Shown here: piece after piece, positions 42,311 to 43,169 of the stretch
Numbering within the stretch: position 1 is the first letter of the stretch
Layout: the number at the start of each line of letters is the position of its first letter
Source: Eledone cirrhosa
Taxonomy: Eukaryota
NCBI GenBank assembly: GCA_964016885.1
Contig: CAXHJY010000595.1
Coordinates: 1 to 43,169 of the forward strand
Direction of reading: 5' to 3'
Length of the DNA: 43,169 bases
Notes under the pieces: generated by a model
Databases searched by the model: none
The model's input: the letters and a program-made list of their open reading frames with translations, nothing else
Told to the model about the DNA's origin: nothing
Position numbers and translations under genes: made by a program

Positions 42311-42521
42311 TCCAGTGTCACGGTTCGACCTAACTTTACACTGCAGTGAATGAGTTTCCCCACTCCACGTTTTGTTTTGAAAGAATACAAGATGTAAGGG
42401 AGGTAATTCCCATAGAATGACGTTTTGTTGCAAGATTTATTTATTTATTTATTTTATTTATTTAATCAATTTCAACGTCCGTATAGAACTAGTAAGCTAT
42501 AATAAACAAGAGGAAGAAGTA

Positions 42522-42755
42522 CAATGGAACCTCGGTTTATGAACAATTTTTCCGAACATAAAACGTTTCGGGCGACGAACACATAAGCCGGCAACAGCAG
42601 TTGGCGACAAGGTTGGAGAGCGGGTGGGAAAGCACCATTGCTGTGTAGTTAGTTACTATGGTGATTACTATCCGTCTTTCATACAGTCTCTCTCTCAATA
42701 TTTCGAACAAAAAAATAGTTTCGGTTTACGAACACTTCGGTTGACGAACAGCCTT
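42522..42755 (+). mobile_element. Tigger/pogo-like DNA transposon fragment
   Basis: TA followed by CAATGGAACCTCGGTTTATGAAC, with internal TTCGGTTTACGAAC subterminal repeats. Confidence 0.6.
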
Positions 42756-43169
42756 CATATGTTCTGTATAGTCTTGAAAAGACTATTTCACGAAAACTTT
42801 CAGTGGGGATGGTCACGGTTGGATTTCGTTCATCAGCAGAGCTCAACATGGTAACCAAGGTCTCACTGGTAATACGCCAAAAAAAGGAATTTAAAAGCAG
42901 GCTAGTTTAACATCATGCGTGATTATTAAAATAAACGCACATGTGGAAAAACAGGGCTGGTGACGTCAGAATGAGACAAATGTTTGTTTACATGAAACAA
43001 CAGTCAAAAACATTCCGAAAGAAAACTCTACAACAGGAGTTGATAAATCTATATCCTGATTCCTTTTGAATTGAGTCTGAATTATTTTTCCTATATCTTA
43101 TGTTAACTAATTTCCCATTTTGACGCTATAGTCACTTATATGTTATGGAATACTGTTAGCTTCTCGCTA

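Noticed and set aside
42790-42842. Minus-strand CTGATGA as a hammerhead
   Set aside because: No consistent arrangement of stem II, GAAA, UH and stem I.
42961-42968. TGACGTCA CRE site as promoter evidence
   Set aside because: A single 8-mer is expected by chance in 43 kb.

Overview
This is repeat-dominated eukaryotic DNA, intergenic or intronic. It is most likely from a coleoid cephalopod (Octopus-like); that is inferred from the SINE families and microsatellite density, not from a database search. I found no convincing host protein-coding gene. Nearly all ORFs in the supplied track are translations of simple repeats. Recognisable content: very large di-, tri- and tetranucleotide microsatellites; several minisatellites; about 12 copies of a tRNA-derived SINE with a Nin/Deu-like core, plus other SINEs; 3'-end fragments of non-LTR retrotransposons (CR1, RTE/Rex3-like, Daphne/L2-group, Tx1/L1-like, three CRE-like, one R4/Dong-like); and small DNA transposons (hAT MITE, 78-bp mariner MITE, Tigger-like ends). 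The most notable signal is a dense set of short non-coding Penelope-like (PLE) elements carrying type I hammerhead ribozyme motifs. There are 7 complete or one-mutation-off motifs and about 6 partial or degenerate ones, from several distinct sequence families. Most sit in (TA)n or other microsatellites. Four families share a fold-back architecture: an inverted arm, a direct arm and an unpaired 75-100 bp tail. One example is a 112-bp head-to-head double-hammerhead palindrome.
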